From Vicugna vicugna (Eukaryota), in contig MU058844.1 of the NCBI GenBank assembly GCA_013265495.1, forward strand, positions 12,174,184 to 12,238,183: DNA of 64,000 nucleotides, in the 5' to 3' direction. The notes beneath the pieces are model-generated. The model was not told where the DNA came from, did not search any database, and worked only from the letters and a program-made list of their open reading frames with translations. Shown one piece after another: positions 49,066 to 62,107 of this stretch (positions are counted from its first letter, which is position 1; each line of letters opens with the position of its first letter). A program made the translations under genes and the position numbers.

Positions 49066-52000
49066 TATCTGATGTAATAAGAATAATGGAAACAGACTAA
49101 GGGAAGTGAACTGACTCAGGATAACAAGTAACAGGGAACTGCTGCCTTAGTAAGCCCTCTTGCAGGCAGAGCGCTCAGAAGCGAGCTGACTGGCCCCAAG
49201 TCTTTCCAGCTGCTACTTCAACTCCAGCCCATAAATGGATGGTGCCAAGTGGTTCCCTATCTGACAGCTGCTCAGCATCCCACATGAAACGGCACTCACA
49301 TCCAGTTCAAACTCCACCGCGCCGGCCGTATCACTGAGTCCCACGACATCGCACACTGCAGCAGCACCAGGCCCCTGCTGCAGGCTGTCATTCAAATGAA
49401 AAGGATGCAGTCAAAAACCCTTTTTGCCCCCAAACTGCTAAATATGTGCTGTGCCTCCTCCTCTGCTCGTCAGGAATGTACTGATTGAAAACTCACGTGG
49501 TGTACAAGATAGGAGGTAGGAAGTGCTTGAGGGCTTCCCTCTGCCCTTCATTTCTTCCTGTCTTCTAACACTTTGGGAGCAAAGTTGCACACTCAGGGCA
49601 AAGCTTACAATATATTATTCCTGCCCATCCCTGGACAGGATGTTCAGAAGATGTGAGGATGGAAGCCTGCTTGCTACCTGAATGCAGGATCATTCCTTTC
49701 AAAGGAGGGAGAGGGAAGGGAAGAAAATGCAAATCCTTGGGAGGAATATGTAGAAGGGTCTGCCCTATTATGCACTTAATGAGTTTATATCTGTCTTACA
49801 AGGGGATTACCATAGTCACTGCCATTAACATTTAACAACGCCCTTTTAGGCAGTTGGAAGAAAGATGTTAAAATAAAATAATAATTATGAAAATGCTAAC
49901 AATTTTATTATAATAATAAATGTGGGGTTTTCCTCCTCTGCTGATTGTTCTAAATACATGTGCTTTAATAAAATGCTAAATAATTATATATTGAAAATAT
50001 TTGGGGGAGCCACGTTCTACCATGAGTAATATAATTGAGAATACTCACTACTATTCACCAGTTTCATAAAAAATGTACTGGATATATGAATTTTGCTCTT
50101 AGGGAACATAAACTTACCTTAAGTTGCTATAATAAATTCTGAGAACGCACAGTTAGTTCTTATAATGGAAAGTATTACCTTTCATAATCTTGGCCTTATT
50201 TTCTAATTGCTTCACAACAAATTCGTCAATAGTTTTAACAAGATGCTACCTATATCTAAATGTCATGTTATAAAATTTCAACACACCACTGTGTGCATGT
50301 ATTTAAAAAAAAAAGTTGGAAGAAAGTATTATCTCAAGATCTTTCATTTATTTCTGATAACCATACACAAAGTGTGTCAAAAAGAAGTACTCAACAGTGT
50401 TTCAGTTGCTAAGATATTAGAACTAGTGATTTTAATCAACATGGACACAATGACACATCTACATGTACAGCTCGGCATGAAATGTCTCATCAGAAAAAAA
50501 GTATTTAGCTTCACAGTATCAAAAAATTAGGATTTACCTTTAAAAAGAAAAACTACACACTGCTGTATTATGCCAAATGATATTGACAAATTCAAGTCTA
50601 CAATCATAAAATATTCCCTTAAATAGGAAACTGTTTTCCCCCAAAAATGGGGTCTGAGAGCAGTCCCTTTCAATTCACAAAGACAATAAGATGATCCTAT
50701 CAAACCTACAATGTCAACAGGTTTATGATCACAAACACTTGATGAGCTGAACATTGTACCTACCCTTCAATAATGCTTGCCGTGTGACAGGGCCTGACGG
50801 TTACCATAGTGACCGTGTGGCGGCTTCTGATTTATTACCCTGTTTCCCAGGCCTGTGATGGTTCCTAGGCTATACCTTCAGAAGCTATTTCAGATTTGAA
50901 AGCTACACCGTGATGAATGTCCACTATCTGAAAGATACACTCAGCAGAAGGTAACCTTGGAGAGCAGCGTTTTAAATGCAAATTGCCAGCTTTGCCCTGC
51001 TCTTAAAATATGAAAGAGTGATTCCAAAGCCATGAAAAGGGGAGACCTCTGCCCCCTGACACATGGATTTGTCTCCTTAGGGATTGTCATATTCAGGGAT
51101 CTCACCCAGTGAATAGTTAAGCAATCTGAAACAGAAAATGAGGCAATAAATTCTGCTGAGGCTAGCCCAAGTAGCACATTGATTACAGAAGCAGGCATGC
51201 ATCTAAGCAATTAGTGAGGCATTCAGTTATGGGGCGCCAAATGTTCAATGTATTTAGAAAGTTATCACCACCGGTCAATAAATTATGTCATTTCATTTCA
51301 ACTAATTGACACAGCTAACGCTTTCACACGGAACCCTGAAAAGAGCATTTCAGGGAATAAATCTCCCAGCCCGGGTGTCAATTTGCCAGTGCTTCCCAGT
51401 TATACATACCAAAGGATGATGAGTTTAAACAACAACAACAACAAAAAACAGGTCGTATCTGATTTTTTCTTTAGGAAAACACAGCACACGCAATACCAAT
51501 GATTTGTCACAGGAGTTTGTCACACAACTAGGTAGTACATAGATATTAGCTGTCGCCACTACAGGTGTGAATTAACATCCTAGGAAAATTATGATACATA
51601 TTGTTTCATTCCCTTCCATTGTCTGTCTCTTCTTTCCTTTGACTGCAGGGCAGTAAAATACTGAGGGAACATGGCCTTTCAAGCTTATCCAGCCCATAAG
51701 CACCAAACACTAATTTGTGTATTAGCAAGTCCCACACGGCAACTGAGTTATTGATTCTGCCATCGAAATCCCTTTCCTTGACAGGAAGGATATTGCTTTT
51801 AGGATAAATAAAGCAGTCTCCATGATCATTTACGTCCAGTTCTTAGAGCTCTGTTTGCAGACATCTAAGGATGAAAACACACACAGTATTTTCACAGCAT
51901 AATAGATCAGCACAGATGGAAACCAGTTTGCTTTCTCCTCTGCAGGACTGTTAAAAAGCGTAACCATGGCCAGGGAAGTGCTCTTCCTGACTCACAAAAC

Positions 52001-55000
52001 CCAGAGGTAAGTGTGTATCTTCCATTTTCTGCTTTGTTGATTCATCAAACCTGTACAATTCCTGTCTGTGGCGTACATTAATGGGCTTTCCATAAATCAC
52101 TGCTGACCTAATCAAAGACTTACTTAATACTAAGTCTTATTTTGTTTTGTTGGTAGATGGGAAAGAGAGGAAGATCAAATAAGGCAGGAGACCTCTCTTT
52201 TTCAAAGAATTGGACCAGATATATTCACAGACAGTTTCAGGAACTACTGTCAAATTTCAAATCAAATATTCTAAGGTGTTTTGTTTTTGGGGGTTTTTTT
52301 GTTGTTGTTGTTGTTGCTTTATGTTTTACTTATTTAATTAATTAATTTTTTTTTTTTTTACAGGGGTAGGGAGAAGGCAGAAGCTGATTACCTTAGATTA
52401 GTTATTTTACTTTGTACTGGGTAAACTCAGTAGATTACATAAAACTCTCCACCCACCCACTATGCCCCTCAGCTCTTTATAGCAAATGGTTACTTGTCCG
52501 TGAGCAGAGCAAGATACTTAATTGAATCTGACCTGTCTGTTCCCATAGCTAGGAATTCATACCTCACGTATGAGACCAACTTGGGATTAATATCTTATAT
52601 TGCAAATCAGATAGAGAAGAGGAAGAATTCACATAATAAGGTATTAAGAAGTCACAAGATACCAGCATCTAGAATGAAATATTTCATTACTTTAATAACT
52701 GTATCCATTTATTTGGTATTAAGAAGTCCTCAAGTTCAAATTCTTTATATATTTTTATAAAAACATAAATAGCACTGCTACTGTGATCAGCCATAAATTA
52801 GGCAAACACACAATTTGCAAAGCTGGCTTGACTTCAGTTGTGCACAACAGTGAACTAGTATTTTCCTGTAGGTCTCTGCTCTGCTAATGTCCTGGGAGCT
52901 ACAGCAATCGCCCCAACATTCCCAGAAACTCCTCACTCAAAGCCACTTTCCAGGTCCCAGTCCTCATCAGGAGTAGGGCAGCTCCACCACCACACCCACG
53001 ACCAGAGCCCTTTAAGGACAGCACAAGGCAACCACAGCAGGTTTTTACAACACCTCCTAATATCCCCTCCTGCCCTCCCCCTCCAGGCTTCTGGTATAGT
53101 GAACACTCGTGATTAAAAGCCAAATGGAAGGCAAAACTACTAATCCCTTCCTGTCGACTAACTCTGAACCAATCAGATCACCACCCATGCAGACCCAGAG
53201 CTAGAAAAGAAAGAAAAATGTTAACAGAGGTCCCCAGTCTTCAAACATCTGTTTCAGCATCTCCTGCAAATTCTATCATTTACTTCCCGTACCTACATAG
53301 CCCACTAGGAGTTAACAACTGTCAGCCAGGCAAGAGTCATTCTGGCCCAGGGGTCAGCAATCTTATTAAATCCCTATGCCACCACTGGGACAAAGTAATA
53401 CGCACACTGCTCAGTGCAAGGCAAGGGGGGGGCAATGATTGAAGAGAGAAAGAGTTAGGAAAGCCAGAGAGAAAATGAAAAAAGAGTAAGAGCTGAATGA
53501 GAGCAAGTGATAGAGAGAAAACCTCCAAATGTGGCCTCACCTGGACTGTTCCTACCTTTCTTCTTAGAATTCACCGGTCAAGAAGGCATTCGGTGTAATT
53601 AAATAACCGTTACAGTTAAGAACGTTTCTAAGACAGAGCACGGTCTCACATTTTTGTAATTGATGTCATTCTACTGTGAAACCGCGGCCCACACCCAGAA
53701 GCACTGGTGTAGTCATCCTTTGGCATTTTGTAGACAAGTGCTAAAATGCTGCAAGTACGAAACATATTGACTTTTATTTTTATAATGGCAAAGCTCCAAA
53801 ACAGAATGAGCCGTCTTTCATTTTAACGAACAAGAATTGGGCTGGAGCAAATGCACATGATATTAACTTCTCGTTTTTAATCTCATTCATGTATGCTCAA
53901 TACCTATTAAACCATCTTTCTAGTGTTGTCTCAGCTATGCAGTTGCCAGTTTACGTCCCTTCTGTTTGCGTATGTTCATACTAGAGGGAGAACCTAGGAT
54001 CCCTTGTAAAGCTCGTAATCGTGGATGCAGAGGCCTAGTGAGGCCATTTTTAAATGCACAGCGAACCGAGGAAAAGTGATGTTCACTTCATTTGTTGAGA
54101 TAAAACTTTTACTTCACAATGCACTAAACTTCAGTTATTTCAAGAGAAAGCCTCCATGAGTACATCCAAGAATACACCTTGCTCTGTACTAACGCTGTCC
54201 AGAAATTTTTTTGAAAATAGCATACAACAAAAGAGACACCTAACCTAAAGATAGTGGGATTGTGAGGGGAGACAGCCATGACCTGTGAGAAGCAGTTCAA
54301 AGTCTGTGGTTATATAACCTGGGGCACAAGACCGACCCCGGGGAGGGTTCTCCACGTAACGGAGATTAGATGTGCTCTTGATAATAGCAGGTATCAGACT
54401 AGTGACAGTGAGAAGGAATTTAGGCAAACCAATGACAACTTACAATAAGGAAACTTTCTTTTTCAAATATCAGCATAATTTAAAGACAGAAAGAGCTTTG
54501 TAAGTTAGTGTATAAGAATCATCTAGAAAGCTGGGAAGAAGGGTAAAGAGAAAATTCAAGCTTAAGAAAAATGACTCGAATATTTCAGGTCCCTTTGGAC
54601 CAGACAGACTATGACATCTGATCACTGGAAATGTTATTAACCAAGAACAGAAAAATGACAAGACTACTCTGAAGCACTCTCAGGACTAATTAGCAACCCA
54701 GCTACTTGCTGCCAATGCCGACTGGTCAACGACAAAATGTAAGTCATTAATATTTATTTCTTTTTCCTGCAAATATGGTTTTTATCAAAATAGGGTTAAG
54801 CAAACAAACCAAGAAAGTGCTCTAAACTTTCAATATGGCACCGAACACAGCTCAAATATTCCATTTCCGTTTCCTTCTCCTAATCCCAAGGCCATTTTCC
54901 ACTAGCAGAGAAGATGGAGCTGAAACAGGCTGAATAAACACAACAGAAGAATCGGTTCTATCTCTCAAATCAACAATGAGCCACTTCTGTGCCCTCAGCC

Positions 55001-55359
55001 CACATCACAAATCACTTTAATACAATTTTCTGCAGCTCCTCTATAGAGTCCCTTTAGGTGGTAGGTAAGTGAGAAGTGTTTGAGGAACTGGTCTTTTCTC
55101 ACAGGTGTTTCACAGTCATATGCTTCCTATGACAATTTCTGAATATTCCACTTACTGACATGTATGATCCGTACTCATCAGCTGTCATGTGGTAGAGAGG
55201 CTGGACTACATACAGCTTTAATTTCCCTTCCAGACCTAGGAGTCTGCAAAGCTCATGAAATATGAAGTTAAAGCTGAATCAATATACACAATTCAAAAAA
55301 TTTTCAAATACTGACTTTTTCTCTCCCTAGGAAAGCAGGGAGTGTTGTAAATAATCATT

Positions 55360-55467
55360 TTTCATTATTTATTAAGCACCTTCTGTATGTTAGACATTAT
55401 TCTAGGAACTGGGCATACAAAAATGAACTAAAGAAAACCACGGTCCTCATGAGCTTATATTCTAGTG
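55360..55467 (-). mobile_element. L2 LINE 3' end
   Basis: 'tatttattaagcaccttctgtatgttagacattattctaggaactggg...cctcatgagcttatattctagtg'. Confidence 0.75.
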
Positions 55468-55844
55468 ACACATTTAAACAGTTCTAAAATACTTAAACTG
55501 TGAAACTCTCAAGCCATTGTAAAACTTCACATACACGGAAAGGCTATAGAATGTATATGTGTATATTTCATGCATAATCACGCATAAAATAGGAACCCAG
55601 AAGTTGGAAAAAAAACAGCAAGATTCTTGGTTATTAAGTTTTACACACAAGATAGGTTAGAAAAATAAAAGCCAACACCCAAAAGCTAAAGAGCATTATT
55701 CCAAAATCCAAACACATGGACCCATCAGGCACAGATTATGAGATCAGGGACAACTTCCTGTGAATGTTTGTCTGTTTACTATGAGTCTTTAACCATCAGG
55801 TACACATTGGGTGCCTAATAGGTATTACTATTTCTGGCACTTTC

Positions 55845-56110
55845 CACTCATTGTGCTTACTATGTGCAAGTCACTGTGGGAGTATATAAAGATAAAAGAC
55901 GTGGTCCCATGGTCAAGAGGCTTACAGTTTACTAGGCAAGATTAGACAAACACAAAAATCATAACACAGTGATCAAAAAAAAAGATGACTATAAGATAGG
56001 TTTGATAGTAGTGGGTAGTGCAAAACTGTTGGAAAGAAAAGTGAGAGGCAGATTTTGGAGAGCGTGAAGGCTAGGCTAAGGCTGAGCTGAGCAGCGTTCA
56101 TGGCACTGTC
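55845..56110 (-). mobile_element. L2 LINE fragment
   Basis: 'attgtgcttactatgtgcaagtcactgtg...gtggtcccatggtcaagaggcttacagttta'. Confidence 0.6.
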
Positions 56111-57171
56111 TCTAATGTCTGGATCAGTGTCCAGGGCAAAGACTAAGAGAACTGAGACCACAGACAGGACCCTGCCCCCATCTGCAACAGGCAGGGATGG
56201 GTAATGCCAGCAGAGCTCATGTGGGTTTTCCGTAGAGAGAGGCAGAACGTGGTCCAAGTGTCTGGCATCAGAGGACAGGGCTAGATACAGAAGACGTAGC
56301 GCAATCAGGGAGGATCTAGGTAGGCACAGGCTGGGTCCTGGAAGACCCAGGCGGAGGCTCTGACGTGAGGAGATGATGCTGACAAAGCTACTGACACGAG
56401 GTTCATGGTGTGTTCACCAGAGAACCCAGGGAACAGAACCCAGACTTCGTAAAGAGCAGGGCAAGAATCATGGCTAATTTTATGCTTAGCCAATCAGGAT
56501 AATTGCCTGGGTTTCTGAAATTCCCTCTGACTAAGAGATTCCCCTCAGAGACTGAGAGGAGGATAAAACTGCAAGCCAGAGCTGAGGAATCTCAGCTCTA
56601 GAACTGAGAAGCCTGGAAGTGGAGGAAGCCAGGAAACCAGGAATCCAGATGAACCGTTTCAGCTGCCCTGAAAGAACTCTCCAATATCTAATATGCTGCA
56701 GGGCAAAACTGCTGTGGATTTTACAGGGAACATCAGCAAATACAAGATGACAGAATTTTCCTCCAACAGCTATGATTTAAATTCATATGACATTCAGAGC
56801 AAAACTCATCAATACTTCCCTCTAGAATATTCAGTCTTAGAGAGTTACTAAAAGATTTGTGGTCTGTCCTACTAAGAAAAATGTATTTATTTCATGGAGA
56901 AATTAATAAAGAAAAAAGTGATCTTGAGCAAGTTATATCACCAAACCTTCTGTATATTGAACATGATGATATAGGGTCATTGTAAGCATTAAATGAGATG
57001 GTAAGGGAAGACTTCACTCAGGTACATATTATCATGGCTTTTACTACTGTTACTTCATTAAATACTCTGCACCACCAATGGTAAAATACACTATTATATT
57101 ATAAGAAAGTAAGCAATATAAAATAATATACTAGAAAAGAAATAATATGATAGGGAAGAAAAGAAAAAAAA

Positions 57172-57278
57172 ACTGTCAGTTAACCATAAGGCATCATTGA
57201 TTTTAAGATACATCCTGATTTCAGAGATTTTTTAATGTGGAAAAATGTGTGTTTTGGCTGTAAAGAAAAAAATGATAC
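57172..57278. mobile_element. TcMar-Tc2 (MER104/Kanga-like) fragment
   Basis: 'ataaggcatcattgattttaagatacatcctgatttcagagattttttaatgtggaaaaatgtgtgtt'. Confidence 0.55.
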
Positions 57279-57529
57279 AAAAAGTGATTAAATTAGCGGC
57301 TGCTTTTAAATACAGGATCATACCTGAATGGCATTTATCATGCTTACAGTGAAGATTAACTCAATCATTAACTTAATCAGAGAACAGAACTACATCATGA
57401 TGCAATGTCAATTTCAGCAGCACAGAAAGTACCATATTAGCCTTGAAAGGGATCTTGGAGAGGAGACTTCTTGCCCTTCCGACGCACCCCCACACTGATG
57501 CAGCACTTATCTTTTTAAGACGCAAGTTC

Positions 57530-57890
57530 ACCACTCCCTCTGAGGTTCCACGGGTTCTAAACCCTTAGGACGGCACATGAAGCCCTGCCAACATGGTCCC
57601 CTTCGGCTTTGGAGACTTGATGACTGCCCCCTCCAGCCACGCACTCTCACCTGCAGCCATGCAGCACACCCGGCGTATTTTCAGTACCTGAGACACGCCA
57701 TGCTGCTTCATCTCTCCTGCCAACTCTTAGAATCCTACAAGACTCAATTCAAACACTTTATCCACTTCTGAAGACTTCTGTGACACAAGCCCACCCCCAC
57801 CCCCTCGTGATGACTACCCATCAGGAATGGCAACCAAAACAGCAGGTACTTCCTCTTCATGCTCCCACAGTGCATGGCCCATTCTACGGA
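57530..57890 (+). mobile_element. L2 LINE fragment
   Basis: 'ctaaacccttaggacggcacatgaagccctgcca', 'aactcttagaatcctacaagactcaattcaaac'. Confidence 0.5.
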
Positions 57891-59099
57891 AGTCTGTTGG
57901 GAGTACGGGATGGTGAAAAGGAGACCCTGGATGCCCACCTGAAGGGCATGCTTTAAAGTTAGCCAGTTTCACCACAATCTAAGGCCTGGTCCTCACATAA
58001 CTCAGTTCCAGCAGTGACAGTGTTTATCAGTCCAGAGAAGCTAAATCACACTTACTAATCCGCCGGAGACGCAATGTCATAAAGAGAAAGTCCTTAGCCC
58101 AGCTGCTAATCAGGACAGAATAAAGATAAAAACATACATGTGAAATGACAGTGTCAGCAAGTTTCTTGCCTTTATTATATCTAACCAGCTTGCATCCTCT
58201 TCCATACCCACAGCAGGTCTTATTTTTATAGCTTTATTGAAGCAACATAGTTGTTTTTTTTTCCTTTGTCTACTCTGCCTTGAGAGAGGATTTTCCAAAA
58301 GCCCAATCCTTATATTCCTTCTCCTTCTCATTTTCATCGTCACAAAGACATAATTTCACCACATCATGCCAGGAAATGAGTAACTATGCTAACGGCACCT
58401 AAGAAAATATGCAAAGTACTAACATTTCTAAAGCCAAGAAAGATTTTTAACACATTGTCTTTATCCGATTTCCCTCCTAAAGATAAAAACTGAGTGACTG
58501 TGTACCAGGAAGTATGTTTTCAGTGAATAATTATATATATCTTATATATGTTCCACTTTACTCTTCCTAATTTCTTCCAAGAAATTACGTAGTCATATGA
58601 AACTAGTTATTATGTTTATTGAAAATAGACAAAGTCAGCACTTCAGCAGTCACACACATGAGCATCTTTCCCCTGAGCTGTGTATAATACCCAAATATCT
58701 CAAAATATTTTGGGTTAACACTGTGAGTTAATATCTATTTAATGCCAATGACTAATTTTGTATCACCAGAAAAGAAAGTACTTGAGAATTTTAAGTATAC
58801 ATTTGGGTGTTCCATTATCAAGTTACCCTAGTGTACAATCCTTTTGGCTAACAATATAGACAGTGCTGGATGAATCCATTTTTATAACCAGAATGCAAAT
58901 GCAAAAATCAATTATCTCAAAAATTTTGACAATGCTGTTCTAGGAGAAAAAAATTAAAGAAAGCAAGGAAATTCATGAAATTCTAACAAATGAGATCTGG
59001 GGAAGCTTCATCAGACAGAGATTAACAGTTGCCTCAAAATCACGGCATGGCATGTGGATAATGTTAAACATGGGTAGAACAGGACACAAAGGCAATTCT

Positions 59100-59331
59100 G
59101 AATTTAAAAATTTGTAGATACTGACTGACAGGCATATGTAGAATAGATAAACAAGTTTACACTGTATAGCACAGGGAAATATATACAAGATCTTGTGGTA
59201 GCTCACAGTGAAAAAAATGTGACAATGAATATATATATATGTTCATGTCTAACTGAAAAAGTGTGCTCTACACTGGAATTTGACACAACATTGTAAAATG
59301 ACTATAACTCAATAAAAAAATGTTAAAAAAA
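59100..59331 (+). mobile_element. Young LINE-1 3' tip
   Basis: Close to the 3' UTR at 12475-12667, ending aataaaaaaatgttaaaaaaa. Confidence 0.9.
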
Positions 59332-61867
59332 GTTACTGACTCTGCTAAATCGCATACAAGACAGTGACCACTAGCATTCAACAGAGTGTGGTCAAATATC
59401 CAGCAAACCAGCTGAGCCAGCAGAGGATCTGAGAATGTCTACCAGGTCCACAGTAGTCAACAGCTTGGTTCCTGTGCCCCAAGTTACTCAAATATGCTTT
59501 CTTCTAGCTCTTTAGGATTGGAAGAAAATAACATAACACTGGATAGTATCTTAAATAGGCATGTACACAAGGAATCATCTTAAAAAGTCTATCCCTCAGT
59601 ATCTTAAACAGTCAATGCATTGGCGAGCCAACAGCAGTGAGGACACGGATCTTTCCACCTTGCCTCTTAAAGGAGGGTTGCCATCAAGAGTGGTTCCGTA
59701 TCCCTTTCCTAAGTATTTTTGACTTTGACATGTGTGTCATAAACCCATCTTCTTAAGATGACCAATAACAAAACAGGAAATGCACTCTTAGGGACTAGGG
59801 AGATGCAGATTCTAGAGCCGGTTTTCTCACTGGGTAACTCATTTCTTTAGACATGAGGCTTTTCACCATTAGAGGAAGAGAGGTACAATTAAGTTATTCT
59901 AAGATTCTCCCCAATGTATATTCAGAGCTTACAGTTATGAAGCACTGAACTTCCGTATTTTTCGATGAGATAACTAGGATAAAAACGCAGGGTTTTGTGT
60001 ATTTATTACCTGTTTCCTAGCAGACTGAACCTTAGCCCATCCCATCAAAATGATCACAGCTTTTCCTTGGAACTCTCCAAAGGAGATTCCATAACCTTCC
60101 ATAGCAATAAACGTATAGACTTCTGAGGAAAAGAAGCTACACAGAAAAAGCAGCTAAATAGAATGTTGTACAAATTGCCCCAAATCAATGCATAGACAGA
60201 ATCCTGGTTGTACAAATCCTGGTGGTACCCAGAAATACCATTTTGACATCTGGGGAGGGAGCATAGGAAACACATCAGCTCACAGTGAAGAAGTACTGAA
60301 TCCATTCTGTAGCTGAATCACTACAGAGACAGTGAGGACCAGAAAGTGAAATCCTGACTTCCGCTTACTCTTCATCACTATTGCTCACCATTTCCCAAAC
60401 ACTGTTCTATGAGAAGACGGTCAGAGATGCTCTGCTGGAAAGGAGGCTCCCATGGCCCCCATGGCTGAGTCAAATAGTTAATAAGTCTCTCTGCCACCAG
60501 ATTTTTCAGAGTCTTGGAATGTGACTATAGATTCTGTATCTCCCAGAGAGAAATAGATGATACATCATGACCCTGACTCACCCTTCCGTCACCAAGGAAT
60601 ACCTATTAACCACCCCAAAAGGGAAGCACACTTTCCAATCTCACCTGATTTGCTGGGTATTGGTCTAGAATAGAAAATAAGGTCTTGACGTCTGTTTTTC
60701 TTTAAATTCCCACCAGCCCATCTCTTTCCCCATATGCAAAAATTAAATTCTATTATGGGATACCTATCATCAAGGAAACCCTGGACATTAATAGTCAGTG
60801 CATAGAAAATGCTTAAATGAAGGAAAGGGATCCTCTCTTCGATCGTATTGCCCACACCTTTTCCAGAGTATGTCAAATTCACTGCATAAGGAATGAGATT
60901 GTACTTAACATTATTTCAAGCTCTTTTGATGAGGGGAGCGAATAACATAAATACACTAAGATACTATGGCATTCTGCTCCAAGAATATGGATTTGACCAT
61001 CTACCCATTTCTCTCCTCACCACCCCTCCCCTCCACACACACAGAGACACACAATTTTATGATAAAACAGCTCGGGAACAGGAAGGCAGCACCATCACAG
61101 CGTTACTCCAACAGCTTCTCTTTAGACAACCAGCAGCTTAAGGGAAGGTCAGCAGCATTAAAAAAAAAAAATGACTTTGAAATGTGTGTCATAAAACAGA
61201 GCCATTTATCCACAGGCCTGACAAGAATAAGGTGAGAGTCCATTTCAGTTGGCCAGAATGACTGCTGTACATCACACTCTGAGGCAGAAAGCCAAGACAG
61301 AACGAACATTACCAAGTTGTTATGGTAACTAAATTGTAACTGGTTCCATAAAACATGAGCCTCCCATCACAGGGACTGTGTTTAAAATTCAACGGGAGTC
61401 AGGGTGTCTGCTCCAAACAAGGCAGTGGTGGGCACTTCCACCTCCAATAAGCCGCTCCGTGAACAAGCCTCACCTGCAGAGTAGCAGCCACAACCCAGGC
61501 AAGCTCAGCCGTCTCTGGCCACAAGCTTCCACCCAGTAACGCTCAACCCTGCGACATCACAACCTTAGTGACAACCTTCTCCACCTGACTTCACTGATGA
61601 GTAAGTACCATCCAGTAAGCAAAACAAAAACCAACCAACCGACCAACGGTCACTGTAACCATAGCAGAAAGCAAAACTCTTGGGAGGAACAGGGGTCCAA
61701 TATCAACAGCACATGCAGAACATCTCAGACTGAGGCTTGGAGTCAGACATTCAGTCTAAACACAGACCCTGTGACTAACCAGGTGACCCGGAGAAAGCAC
61801 CCTCTTTGTTTTAAGCACCCTCTTTTCACCTAAGCCCATCTGTCCTAAAGAGGTAATAACTGTGGAA

Positions 61868-62083
61868 TTGCCTAGTGGTTAGAAGTGTGAGCACAAACAG
61901 CCTGGACTGTAATCCTTTGTCTGCGGCCAACTAGCTGCATGACTTTAGACAAGTTACTTAACTCTTCAAGCCTCAGTGCCTTCAATGTAAAATAAGGGTA
62001 ACACTACCTACCCCTTACAGTGGTTGTGAAGACCCAACTTGAACACAGTAGGAACTTAACACATGTTGGCTCTTGCCATCATT
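61868..62083 (+). mobile_element. MIR SINE
   Basis: 'ctagctgcatgactttagacaagttacttaactcttcaagcctcagt...tgtaaaataagggtaac'. Confidence 0.8.
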
Positions 62084-62107
62084 CTGGCAGTGGGAGCTAT
62101 GACCACC

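Noticed and set aside
50179..50245. Protein-like minus-strand peptide HLVKTIDEFVVKQLENKAKIMK ending at AAG|gtaata
   Set aside because: No credible polypyrimidine acceptor, and I recognise no homologue
50740..50797. C/D-box-like motifs (TGATGA...CTGA)
   Set aside because: No terminal stem or recognisable guide sequence, and it is on the strand opposite the inferred host gene
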